DNA of 63,576 bases, the filler included, from Octopus bimaculoides (taxonomy: Eukaryota), in assembly GCF_001194135.2 (NCBI RefSeq). It is 4 parts of 4 records of this genome, joined end to end, with 100 filler letters (N's around TTAATTAATTAA, not from the genome) between each part and the next. Parts side by side here need not be neighbours in the genome. Positions count along the whole stretch, not along the records: positions 25,431 to 56,618 come from NC_069006.1; 3 more parts are not named here. One strand, given 5' to 3'. Both the position numbers and the translations under genes were made by a program. Below, in pieces: positions 34,364 through 47,910 of the stretch. Position 1 is the stretch's first letter; every line of letters starts with the position of its first letter. Under the pieces are notes generated by a model. It did no database searches and had not been told where the DNA came from. It saw only the letters and a program-made list of their open reading frames with translations.

Positions 34364-37222
34364 ACTCTCACTGACAAAACACACAGAAATATGAGAAACT
34401 AGACATCTAGTCAGAGATTCTCGATTCAGTCATGGGGCGGTTTCTTCCTGTCTGCTTGTTTGTATACATTTGCGCTCTTTCTACAGCAGCAAGAGTATTT
34501 TACTACTATTTCTAGCAATGTCGGTGTCCTCGGCACCCTTAGTCACATTTAGTGACGATTGAATTTTTCCTTTATGGTATTCTATTGTGCCTAGCTGCTT
34601 ATATTAATTTTATGTATGTGTGTGTGTGTGTGTAATGTATATAGATTCAAGTGGTCTAGAGGACTGTTACTCTGGAGTTTCCACAGCTTGTAGCTGCTTC
34701 TTCAGGCAAGCGATTGCATACTGTGGTAACTCCAGGGTAACAGGCCTCTGGACTCGCTTTACATTTGCATTGAATATTTTTATGGATTGTTACATAACAA
34801 TAAACATGTGGACACACTCACCGATGTATCGTGTGTGTATGTATGTGTGCACGCATGCGTGTGTGCGTACAGAGAGAAAGAGAGAGAGAGAGAGATGTAT
34901 GTGTGTGTGTATGTAAGTGTTTACGTTTGTGTTATATATCAATCTGGATATGTATTTTCTGTGTATATACATGTAATTTCTGCAATAGCTTATTGATTGA
35001 GGTTTTCTCTGCACCTTCAGCCTGATCTCCTCTAACCTCACCACATCTCTCTCTCTCTCACACACACGCACACGATATGTTCCATATTGAAAGAACTGTC
35101 AGTCATCATTCCTAACCGAACAACAGTTCCTACCAGTTTGTAGTAACACTATATATATTACAGACTATCATGTTATATAGACAAAGAACTTCTTAATATC
35201 TTTATAATCCCCCCACTCTCTCTGTCACTGTCTGTCTCTCTTTTTCTCTCAAACTCTTTCATTTATTTATTTTTTTTACTTCCTTCTCATGTTCTTTTCC
35301 TTCTTCTTATATTATTCTTTGTCTTTTGTCCCTTTTTATGTCTTTTATTCCTCCTTTTTACTTCTGTCTTTCTCCTCCTCCCCCTCCCCCCACTGCTTCC
35401 TTCTTTGTTTTTCTTTCCTTCATCTCTGTCTTCTTACTCTTTCTTGCTTTGCTTTCTTCTTCTTTGTCTTCCCCTTCCTTCATTCTCTGTCTCCAGGAAT
35501 ATTTGTTTATAAAAGGATACAAAAAAAGAAGAGGAAAAAAGAAAATCAAAACAAAACAAAAGTTTTATTTCCTGTCTTTTTTTTTTTTTTTTTTTTTGTT
35601 TCATGAAATTTTATCTCAAACTGTAATATCTTGGCTGTACTTTTCACTTGCAGATATTAATGTTCTAAATATAGAGGTTAAGGCTGCAATTTTGGTTGGT
35701 TCTTAGGGTTTATGTAGAATTTAAATGGCATATTTTATCAAAAACTAACAAGAACCACATTTTTTCCTCATACAATATCTGTAGATGTTAAATGTTGTTT
35801 TGAAAATAACACAATTATTCTTGATTTTAGTGGGGATTTCTTAAATTTTTACTTATTTCTGTTGATTGTTATTCTTTTGGTTTAAAGAAACAGATGTTTT
35901 GCTGTTTATCATTGGAATCATAACACACACACACATGTGCACAAGCAAAAAATTCACTCACTCACACCAATGAGAGGCCTTTTTTGTGATTGCTCAAACT
36001 GCTAGAAATCGCAGCTAAACCACTCTTGAGTTACAGCTTGCTGCCTTAACTGAGGAGGGATATACCTGGGTCCCTGATATATATGAAAACTGGGATGGTT
36101 TTCATTGGAACAACTTTGATCATGGCTTGGTTGGATCTGGACTTAACCCAGGGTTAAGCAACAATACTGAACCAATTCTTTGACACAAATTCTCTGGTGG
36201 CCGGTCATCATTCAAGGAGGAAAATGTGAGTTGATGGCATTCATGCATAGTCTCTGGCTTGATGGTGTTTACCATTATCTTTTATTTCTTTCGGCCATTA
36301 GAATGCAGCCATGCTGGGACACCATGTTGAATAATTGTAGTCAAATGAATCGACCCCATTTTTCTTTTAAAGCCTGGCACTTATTTTATCATTCTGTTTT
36401 GCTGAACTGCTAAGTTACAGGGACGTAAGCATACCAATACTGATTGTCAAGTGGGTGGTGGGGAACAAACACAGACTCACAATATACAACAGACTTCTTT
36501 CAGTTTCCATCTACCAAATCCACTCACAAGGCTTTTGGTTGGCCATGTATTGGGGATGAATCTGAAACCATGTGGGAAGCAAACTTCTTACCACACACAC
36601 AACCACACCTTTCTTTCCCTATTAGCTTTAATCTGGGGACCTACCTTCAACCACACTGCCCCTGCAGTAACTTGTGCTAGAGATCTTACGGGTATGATAT
36701 TCAAAAATAAGCACGCTGCATTGCTGGTGTGCTGAGTTACTACATTCAGAGGTTTAGTCAATCATACTTGACCCCATCCCAAGGAAGACCTATTTTTACA
36801 TCTGGTACTTATTTTAATGATCTCTCTTTGTTGAATTACCAAGTTACAGGTCATAAACAAACAAATAAAATCTCTGTCCCCCCTTGTCCCCTCTCAAGAT
36901 GAATACCAGTGTTGTGGCTTTCTTACAGTATATCCACACTAAGAGGTACAGAACGTTATTCTGAACCAGTACTGCTTCTGTCACTAATAACACACACACA
37001 CACACACATGCACGCACGCGGCAGGCTTCATGCATTCCATCTATAAAATTTCATCCACATAGTATTGGTTGACCTGAGGTGACACTTTCCCAAGGTGCCA
37101 TGTTGAAGGAGTGAACTCAAAATTATGTACTGTAAAGCAAATTTCTTAGCTATGTGGTCATGCTTTTTCTTTGCTCTCTCTCTCTCTCTCTCTCTCTAAA
37201 GAAACNNNNNNNNNNTTTCTTT

Positions 37223-37256
<34 letters not shown>

Positions 37257-38235
37257 AAGAAACATGTTTTGCTGTTTATCATTGGAATCATAACACACAC
37301 ACACACACACACACAAATTTCTTACAGTATTTACTGATGTTTATTTTAGTCTCCCTGGAAGGTTAAAATGGGAAGCTGGTGGCTCATCAAGGATTTGAAA
37401 TTCAAAATCCAGCATTTGAGCTTCTGTAGCATCCTCACCAATTTCATGCTGCCACAAGATAAATACCTACCTTTTGTTGGTTGTTGGTCATCCTGCTCCC
37501 CAGATGCTCAAGTAGCTCTTATCATTTTTCCATCACCCCCTGTCCCCTTCTACTTCTTTTCCTGCATATAGGCCAGGCATGACACTACCTTGGTTCACTC
37601 CCTGTCTCTTAGGGGATTTCATTTAATATTTACAGCCCAAAGAGGAAATAGTTTGATAAATTGATTAAAATCTCCTTAATTGCCCAGCCTCCCCCTTTTT
37701 CCTGTTTGATAAGAATGGGGAAACAAAATATAGCCAGAAACCCCTCAATCTGCTGGAGTTTATAACCTCCCTGCCTTTCTATCTGTGTCTCTTTCCCCTC
37801 TAACTATCTGTCTGCCCCCCCCTCTCTCTCATTACTTGATGTGGTTCTTTAGTTTACCCCTGGTAGCTGTGACTTTTTTTTTAAAAATTATATTTCAAAA
37901 ACACTAATTTTATTACAGCTTGTTTTTTAGTTGCTGGCATCCATTGAACAAATGGTTCTTGTTTTTTTTTCTGTTTTTGTTTTCTTTTGCTTTTTTCCTT
38001 TCCAAAGTCCATCACATCAGTTTTTGGTTGAGCTGATTTCATTGCTAAAAACACTAATATACATCCCTACATACATGTGTGTGTGTACATGTATGTAATA
38101 ACATACACATACACACACTTGTATATGTATATATATCCACATATACATATGTGTGTATATGTATGTAAATACATACACATACACACTTAAACATGTTTAT
38201 ATACACATGCATACATACACACACACATATACATG

Positions 38236-38283
<48 letters not shown>

Positions 38284-38337
38284 TGTGCAAACAGATATAC
38301 ATACATATACATGTATGTATATATAAAAACGTGTGTG

Positions 38338-38414
<77 letters not shown>

Positions 38415-41400
38415 TTACATATGCATATACACACACAACAAAAGAAATCTACAAAACCTGGAAAAACTCCTCTGCAAGAATCAATGAAACAATTTATCAA
38501 ATTCTTTCTTTCTTTCTTTCTTCTTCTTCCTTTTCTTCTAACTCACATGTTAATATCGAATCCATCATTTTTGACATTTCTCTCTGAGTGAATTTTATTT
38601 CTATTTTACTTCTCTAATTACATGTCTTTTTGAATTTTTCAACCACTTCCCGCTGATTAATAACTTTTCTTCCATATACAAATATAATTATGGGAAAATT
38701 TCATTTTATCTCTCTTTCTCTCTCTTTGTTTCTTTTTCTTCTTTTTTCTTATTTCCTTTATACAAAAATCAATATTTATCTTGAATTGTCATAATTCTTC
38801 TACGATGCTTTCAAGGTATATTGTCTTGATCATAACGTATGAAGTACCTACTGTTGTAATCATGTATCTCTACAGACTATTGTTACGTATAATTAGTTCT
38901 TTGCTCTGTTTTCTTTTTCTTTTTTTTTTATATTTAATATTCAGTTTTATTTGTATTTTTATTTTATTGTTTGTCTCATGTTTTTTCATTTCTTTGTTGC
39001 GTGTTGTTGTTTTTTTTTATATCTCTTTATTAATATTTTCATTATGCAAATGTTATGAATTTTTAAATAGATAGAATTATTATTATTTCTTTTTCTTTCT
39101 TTCTCTCTTTTTCTTATTTTTCCTTCGTTTCTTGTCTTGAAAAACTATATTCCTGTAAAGTTACCGATACATAATTGTTCACTTCAGTTTTTTTTTTTTT
39201 TTTTTTTTTAGAGCTATTGATCTTTTTTTCTCTCTTCTCCCTTTCTACTAAACGTTTCTCTTTCTTTCTTTCTATCTTTCTATCTTAATCATCATTATTG
39301 CTATTATTGATCTAATCTTATTGAGTGTAGATTGGGAGTGAGAGAGAGAGAGAGGCAGTGTGGAGTTGCTGTAAAATAAAATATAAAATGGTTTATTTAT
39401 TTATTTATATATTTTGTTAAAGGGATAAAAATCTATAGATTTGTATTCTGCAGAAAAACACTTGCATGCTTGATTGTTCTTACTATGAAATGAAAGCTGA
39501 ATAAATTGTGTAATTTTTCTCTGAAAGATTAGAGAAAATGGCTTGATTGTGCAGTACAGTCATTATTTTAGTGAACAGTCTACTAATTTGTACTCATCAC
39601 TAAGTCAAAGCCAGGTCAGACTTCAAATAATAGCTGGTCAGAAATTATTACCATGTTAATTGTTAAGCTACCACTGTCTAAATTCTAAGTGGCGAATGAC
39701 CGTTGCCACTTTGAAATGAATTAAAGTTTATTCTGTTAATACTAAATTAACTTTAGTAAATTAACCTAATGCATGAGATGGCAGTGTCTGATGTTGTTTG
39801 AGTCCTTTGTTGAAGCTTCATTGTAAATTATTCATCCATATAATGCCTTAGTTGTACAAGGTCCTTCATCTTGGAATTGGATCTCTAAGCAGGACTGGTT
39901 AGATCTAAGCTGGTATAGTAAACCAGGAGAGGCTCATGACTAATTGCTGGGTACCTTTCCTAATAAAAGATAAATAGCAATAACCCTTATTGCTCCTTCC
40001 AGTTTTGAAGGGAACCTCCACTGTTACACACATTCACAGAATGTGAAAGCATTCTTCTCCTTTACGAAATTTCTCTTGGGGGCCCAGCTTTGGTAGACCC
40101 TATTTAATTTGGGTAACCTAGGTCCGACATTGGGTTGAGTCACATACATGATTTGGCAAGCATGTGAAAATTGTGGCAGGAACATTATTTTAATGCCCAC
40201 TTTTCCATACTTATGTAGGGAATTTGTTGAGGTAGATTTTCTGTGACCGGGTGCCTTTCTTATCATCAACACTCAACTGTTTATTTTATTTTACAATTTC
40301 ACTGGTACTTAACCTACATGATCATCATAGTACTAATTTCTCTTGTTTCAGAAATGTTTTCATTTATGATATCTTGGAGAAAGCACAAATGGTAAACCAT
40401 CACAGGATACCAGTGTATTTATGCAAAAAAACACCTATGTGTAGTGATTTAAAAACACCTTCTGCAAGCAATGCTTTCTGCAGTATTAAGAACCTAACTA
40501 GGAATAATTATGCTGTAACGTGGGGTTTTAAAAAAATATATATTAGTAACTAACTTAATTTTAGATTTTGGTGGGAAGACAGTTGTGGGCACTTTTCAGT
40601 CTTATTCTGATTTCATCAACAAGGTATAGTATTCACTGTATTTCCTGAAGTATAATAAAAGCATCACTAAATAATATACAAGATGATGTAGGGAATAATA
40701 TAATTCCCTGTATTTTTCTCTCACTAAGTCATCCCCACAGTTCGTCTAGTCTGTGCCTTTCAGTTCACATCACGCACATATACTTTGGTGGATCATATCT
40801 AGTTTTACTGCCTACTTACTGCAGCTGTTAAAAGTTTGTTTCCCATTTCTCACTCCCCAGGCACACAAACTTCTGTTGTTAATAGTCCCCCCCCCCCTTC
40901 GTCTTTTAGACCACAAAGTAACTTGTTGCTGTGTTCTTTGATTGACAACTTCATTTTGTGGTTAGGCTCACCTGTATGTCCTATGTCATTTGTTGATTTA
41001 ATAATTTTTTTTTAATTTTTATTTTTTTGCCCTTCTCAGAAGCAAGGGGTAGGTAGAAGGGAACTGTGTCTTTCATTGTTCGACTTCATCCGTTCCTTTG
41101 TAAAGTCAGTCACAGGGACTGTTTATTCAGCATATGCTGGATGTGTGTGGCATGACCATAAAAAAAAAAAAGGGGGGGAAATTAGAATTTAAAAAAACAC
41201 TAACATTATTTATTGAAAAATTAAATTACTTATTTGTATTTTATTACAATATTTCTTTCTTTTTAATTAATATTTAGGTTTCCATCTCTCACTTGCAATT
41301 TTTTTATCATAGTCTTGCAAGGATAGGGGAGAGGTAGATAAAATGGTCTATATTTTATTCGACGAGACTCTAGCTGCTGTGGATAGAAAAGTTTGAGGGG

Positions 41401-41489
41401 AATTAAACAAATGTTATCATTATGAAGCAAATTCAGAGACTGAGTCTTCAGTGACATAACTGACTGCAATAATAATAATAATAATAATA

Positions 41490-42060
41490 ATCATCCTTTC
41501 TACTGGAAGTGCAGTGTTTCAAATTTGAGGGAAGTGATTAAGTCAATTACATAGACCACAGTGTATAACTGGTACTTATTTAATCAACAAAGTCGACCTC
41601 AAATTTGAACTCAGAACATAAAGACGGACGAAATACCGCTAAGCATTTAGCCCAGTGTGCTAACGATTCTGCATGATTAATTCAAAGCAATAATTATAAT
41701 AAAAATGATTTCAAATTTTGCCACAAGGCCAGCAAGTTCGGGGGAGAGGGTACAGCGATTACATTGATTCTAGTTTTCAACTGGTACTTATTTTATCGAC
41801 CCTGAAAGGATGAAAGGCAAAGTTGACCTTGGTGGAATTCAAACTCTGAACATACTGACGGACCAAATGCTGCTAAGCATTTGGAATAATAATAATACTA
41901 ATAATAATAGTTCCAAATTTTGGCTCGAGGCCAGCATGTTCATGGGAGGAGGTAAATCAATTAGTGTTTAACTGGTACTTATTTTATCAACCTTGGAAGG
42001 ATGAATGGCAAAGTTGACCTCAGTGGAATTTTGACTCAGAATGCAAGGACGGACAAAAGA
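41490..42060 (-). mobile_element. Three head-to-tail, CpG-decayed SINE family 2 copies
   Basis: Copies at ~41495-41672, 41710-41882 and 41915-42058; gtcgacctcgg has become gttgaccttgg/gttgacctcag in the last two. Confidence 0.75.
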
Positions 42061-43943
42061 GTATTTGAATCGGCCATATCCGGCCAAAATATTCCATCTC
42101 TTTTATGTCTAAAACCAGCCAGATATGGCCTCTCACATCATTGAAATTTTGAAACTACAAGAAAATGCATGATTAATTCAAAACAATCTGAATAAATAAG
42201 CATTACATTTGACAGAGTAATATGAATGCTAAAAGGTCAATGCAGCAAACCTGCAGTAGGCTTCTGCACAATTTCCATCTAATTAGTTGACTCACAAGTA
42301 TACCAGTAAAACACTGCATTTGAATTATCTGACACTTCCACCTACACTTCTGACTCTGTGCCTTGGCTATGAATCACTTGTGGAATGCAGTGCAGCTCAA
42401 TGATTAAGATGTTTCCTTTACAATCATGAGTCCCATTGCATTGCATTGCATTGAGGTGGGGAGAAACGAATATATCTATTACTATATAGCCTTAGGCAAA
42501 CACAAGCCTTGTGAGTTTAACTGGACAAGTGGAAACTGTTTGGAAGCTTTTTAGATGGATGTGGCTAAAATTCCAAGATGTAACTTTGGCGACATTCTTT
42601 GCCATTTTCATTTTGCACATATCTGGGGAACACTTATCCACTTGACATGCTCATTCAATGAGCCGGTGGCTCAGTTGACTGATCAACTGAATGCTCATCA
42701 TCAAAATCCTTGGAGCTTCCATTTATCTTATGAATCATAATGTTCAGCAACCATCATGAATGTACCACACTAGTCAATGACATTATTCCATGCTACATGG
42801 AGACAGGCATGTTTTTTTCTTCTTTCCTTTCTTTTGTCTTTTTTTCTTTTTTGTCCATTGCTGCATGGTGGAATTTTAAAATTCTGATTTTCTTTAAAAA
42901 TTTCCACCTGTTTGTTCATAAAATAATAAAAGTTCCATTCCAAATGTGATATATTATTTAAGTATTTATTTATTCTAGCTATTATTCTATTATTATTTTG
43001 TCTTGGTTTCTTTGTACTTTTATTTTCTGCATCTCCGCTGGTGGAATATTACAAGTAAATGGAGGAGTTGGGGAGAGGACAACAACAAACAAATAAATAT
43101 ATAATAAACAAATAAAAATGACACAATCGAAACTATTTTCTTCTACTTCTCCTTTCTCTTTTTTAAATGATTGTAATTTATGTTGGAAATCTCTCCCTAG
43201 CTGCATTACTTTTGGCAATCCATGCAGTGTGGTCGACAAATTAACCTTTATTTTTTTTTAATTTTATTTTTTTAAGACTTAAAAGAATATATTTGTGTGT
43301 GTGTGTGTTTAGGAGTGTGAAATCTATAAATTTGTGTATGTGTGCGTTTGTGTGTAAGAGTGCATGCGTGTAAAATCTATATAATTTTTATATTTTTGCA
43401 TGCATGAATGTATTGTTCTTTGCTTGATGTAAGTGTATGTTCACTGCCACAGGGCCCCCTCCTCCCTCTACTCCCCCTCCCAAAAGAAATTCTAAAACAC
43501 AAGCAACTAACGAAAAAAGAAAAGCAATTAGAAGTAATAAACCGTGTAGTGCTGCGTTAAAAAGAAAACCCCTTATATAAAAACCCCAAAAAACTTATGC
43601 CCAATTTCCATTGTTTCACCATTTCTGCCTGATTACCCCCTGACTAAGCTTCACTGACTTACACACACACACACACGGTGCATGTGTAATTCATCTGTGT
43701 GCACATGTGTTTGTGTGTGTACAGATATATGCGTGTGTTTTGCTTATACATGTATGTTTTTAGATTTGTGTGTATGTAGTTACATGTATGCATTTATGTA
43801 TATATTTATATTCTATGAATATATATATATATGTGTGTGTGTCCGTGTATTATGTAACCTATATGTGTGTGTATATTTGTGAGTGTGTATGTATATGTAC
43901 ATAGAAGTATTTATGTATATATCTGTACATACATATGTGTGTA

Positions 43944-43975
<32 letters not shown>

Positions 43976-44648
43976 CACNNNNNNNNNNNNNNNNNNNNNN
44001 NNNNNNNNNNNNNNNNNNNNNNNNNNNNNNNNNNNNNNNNNNNNNNNNNNNNNNNNNNNNNNNNNNNNNNNNNNNNNNNNNNNNNNNNNNNNNNNNNNNN
44101 NNNNNNNNNNNNNNNNNNNNNNNNNNNNNNNNNNNNNNNNNNNNNNNNNNNNNNNNNNNNNNNNNNNNNNNNNNNNNNNNNNNNNNNNNNNNNNNNNNNN
44201 NNNNNNNNNNNNNNNNNNNNNNNNNNNNNNNNNNNNNNNNNNNNNNNNNNNNNNNNNNNNNNNNNNNNNNNNNNNNNNNNNNNNNNNNNNNNNNNNNNNN
44301 NNNNNNNNNNNNNNNNNNNNNNNNNNNNNNNNNNNNNNNNNNNNNNNNNNNNNNNNNNNNNNNNNNNNNNNNNNNNNNNNNNNNNNNNNNNNNNNNNNNN
44401 NNNNNNNNNNNNNNNNNNNNNNNNNNNNNNNNNNNNNNNNNNNNNNNNNNNNNNNNNNNNNNNNNNNNNNNNNNNNNNNNNNNNNNNNNNNNNNNNNNNN
44501 NNNNNNNNNNNNNNNNNNNNNNNNNNNNNNNNNNNNNNNNNNNNNNNNNNNNNNNNNNNNNNNNNNNNNNNNNNNNNNNNNNNNNNNNNNNNNNNNNNNN
44601 NNNNNNNNNNNNNNNNNNNNNNNNNNNNNNNNNNNNNNNNNNNNNNNN

Positions 44649-44679
<31 letters not shown>

Positions 44680-45883
44680 CACACACATATACACACATAT
44701 ATAAAATTATATGTATATGTAATTTTTACAGCTTTATCAATGCATCATGCATATATATATATCTCTTGCACACATGAACGCAGCGTTCTTTCTACATGCA
44801 TTGAAGTGAAATTCTCTATTAGGGCAACAACAGCAAATGGCATTGTACATATTTTATAATACACATAACAATAAAACTGATGCTACCTCTTTCACTCTCT
44901 CTCTCTCCCTCCCTCTATCTCATTTTCTCTTTCTCTCTCTCTCTCTCTCTCTCATATTTGTTCTCTTTGCCTCCTTTTCTTCTCATTTCCCTTTTAGGAT
45001 CTTTTTACTCTTTTCCTGCTTCTATCTATCTCTCTTTCCTCCCATCTTTCATCTTCTACTTCCTCTTTCTTCTCCCATCTTTTCTCTTTTCTCATGCTAC
45101 TCTCTCTCTCTCTCTCTCAATCTCTCCCACTTTCCTCACTACTACCCCTCCCCCCCTTTATCTCTCTCTGCTCATCCTTTCCTTCCTGGCACCCTCCCCT
45201 TAGCCTAGTCTCCCATACATTCATTTATATACAATATATCAACATGACCTGCCATAATATATTCCATGCTCTTCAATAGAAGTGTGTCACATGACCCTGC
45301 CTACTGTAGCGTATGTGTATGTATATGTCTTTTGTATGTGTGTGTGTGTATATATATCTATGACCTGACTACTGTGTTGAGTTTAAGACCTATCACAGAC
45401 CCCTATCTGCTCTACTACACTGGCCTACTTTATTTATCCTGCTGACTTGGTGCATCACATGACCTGCCTTATTCTCTGTGTGTGTGTGTGTGTGTGTGTG
45501 TGATACATCATATCACATGACCTTGCTCCTGCATGGTCTTTCTCTGGTATTTATCCCATCACCAAATTCCTCTTCAGCTTGATATCCAAGGTGATATCAT
45601 TAAGCATGCAATACGACTGAGAACGAGGTGACTGAGGATAGGGTATATCACATGATCTGGCTACTGCGCAGTTTCTATGGTGATTGTACTGAGGTGATGG
45701 TGGTGGCGGTGGTGTCAGGCTATGGAAGGAGGGGAGTGTATGTGTGTTGGGGGTGGGTTGGCAGGGAAGGTATACTGCAATGTTTGAGTTTGTTCAGGAA
45801 CCTTACTGTTGTAATATCAAATAAATAGTGAATTAGTTAATTAACTGACATTGGGGTCTCTGGACTCTGTGTGTTGTGAGTGA

Positions 45884-45927
<44 letters not shown>

Positions 45928-46365
45928 GAGAGAGAGAACTTAGAATTGACTTGTGTGTGTGGTTTAGATTAGGATATTTGTATAGATGTATTTGTGTGTG
46001 TGACTATTAAGGTGTTTGTTTGTTTATGAATGTGTGCATGTTTCTATGTGACTTAGTAGATTAGAGTGTATGTTGGTGTGTGGTTTCAATTAGGATGTCT
46101 GTGTTGTGTGTGTGTGTGACAAATTCAGATATTTGTATGTCTGTGTTTTGGGGTGTGTGTTGCATAATTATGTGTCTTCATCAGCTGATTATGAATGTGT
46201 GCATATTACTAACATCAGGATGTGTGTGAGTATATTTGAATGTGTTATACTTTGAGAGTCTGTGTGTGTGTGTTACTAGATAAGGTTAAATGTATGTGCG
46301 AAATGTAGATTCAAATGTGTATGTGTTTCTCTGATAGCAGGGGAGAGTTTCTGTATGCATTTATA

Positions 46366-46403
<38 letters not shown>

Positions 46404-46569
46404 ACTTACATTAGGATGTGCATGCGTGGGGGAGGTGGAGGTTCATGTCAGTATAAATTTTGTGTGTTATCAAATTGCATGTGTTTGTGTATATCTGTGA
46501 GAAAGAGGAGAAATTTGTTGTGTATATGAATGTGAATGACTGAATTAAATAATGTATGTATATGTATGT

Positions 46570-46760
46570 TATTTAAACTAAAGTAGGTGTTGTATCACAA
46601 TACAGCACTATACGTGTCGGTTTGTTATTAAACTAAAGTGGGTGTTGTATTCAGATGTATGTTCTGTGAGGTTATAAGGCTATATTCAGATGTGTGTGTG
46701 GTATTAAGCTATATCCAGATGTGTCTGTTATTCAACTAAAGTGGTTGTTGTATCCAAGTG
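46570..46760. repeat. Degenerate minisatellite
   Basis: aactaaagt.g.tgttgtat occurs three times and gctata..cagatgtg twice. Confidence 0.6.
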
Positions 46761-47407
46761 TTGAAATGAGTGTAAGGTGTAAGGATAGATTTGTTCACTT
46801 AAAATTTTCCTCTTAAGTTTTCCCCAAGTCTTCCAAGTAGAATGTTAGATAGTAGTAATTACCAGTTGTTGTGGGTGTTTGAGTGGTGTTTGATAAGTGG
46901 TGTGTGTATAGTGAGTGATAAAGAGTGATGGAAATCTAATGTGAACGGAGAAGCCTATAAGCTTTAGGGAGCATCTGTTGTTGAAATGGGTAGACAAGCA
47001 TATATGTGAGGTTGCATAGGATTGAATGCATTATTCTGTGGTGGAAAAAAAAAATGAGAGCAGAATTTGTTTTGTCGTTGATTCCTTATTGGATCAGCAC
47101 TTTGTTAGGATCAGTGAATGTTTGAAGTACTGATAAGGCAAGAGAAGTAGTACTGGGATGGATTGATCCTAATGTGTGTAATGATTTTCTGGAGAGGTGT
47201 CAAGAGGCAGTGTGCAGGAGCTTATGTCAACTTAGTGTTGTTGAGTGGTTTAAAAGACTCTCCCTTACATGAATGACACGAACTCTGCCTATGGAAGATA
47301 TTCAACATAGTATTGCATACTAACAAAGCAATCATCAATTCTACAGTATTTTGGTGCCTATTTACTGCTATTTACATTGAAAGTGTTATGTATGACACAG
47401 TGTAATG

Positions 47408-47910
47408 TACAAGGTGATTCAGAATGAATGGTCCACCATTACAGGGTGCACTACATGCTGTCCATATTTGGTTGCTGCCCCAGTTGGAAGAAAAGGTAAT
47501 CAACTTCATTATGCGGCAAGACTGGGCTCCACCACATTGGCATAGACACACACACAATTACTTCAACCAGCATCTTCCAGAATGTGCTGGATTGGTCATT
47601 CTGGGATGAACGATTTTTGCCATTGATAGTCTGGTCCCCTCACAAGTCCCCTGTCCTAATGCCTTGCAACTATTTCCTTTAGGGAATCTGAAAGACAAGG
47701 CGTTCATACCCCCCGCTTCCACAGGACTTAATGTGTTAAGGTAGTGGATAGGCGATGTAGTTGACTCAATTCGTCAGATTCTGCTGGCACAGGTGTCACA
47801 AGAAGTAGACTATTGTGTAGGTGTCTGCCATGTAGCAGAGTGTACCCACATTGAACATCTGTGATTGTCAGTAGAAACTTGAAGAGTTAACCTTTCATGT
47901 TACACCTGTA
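47408..47910 (+). mobile_element. Internally deleted Tc1/mariner-superfamily transposon
   Basis: TA-CAAGGTGATTCAG TIR-like start at 47408; WLLPQLEE..NFIMRQDWAPPHWH (QQDGAPPH) and decayed WPPRSPD...LKDK...HIEHL* C-terminus; cacctgTA at 47903-47910. Confidence 0.8.

Noticed and set aside
34640-34790. Open frames on both strands (e.g. PVTLELPQYAIACLKKQLQAVETPE*)
   Set aside because: No splice signals or start codon; the openness is explained by the GC-richer inverted repeat reported as a hairpin.
37340-37480. Open frames HEIGEDATEAQMLDFEFQILDEPP (minus) and MGSWWLIKDLKF... (plus)
   Set aside because: Neither is recognisable and the splice context is ambiguous; not supportable without a database search.
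45500-45725. Minus-strand frame LTPPPPPSPQYNHHRNC...LDIKLKRNL after a pyrimidine-rich acceptor
   Set aside because: No recognisable domain, weak donor and no phase-compatible partner exon found; the Pro run derives from a (CCA)n repeat.
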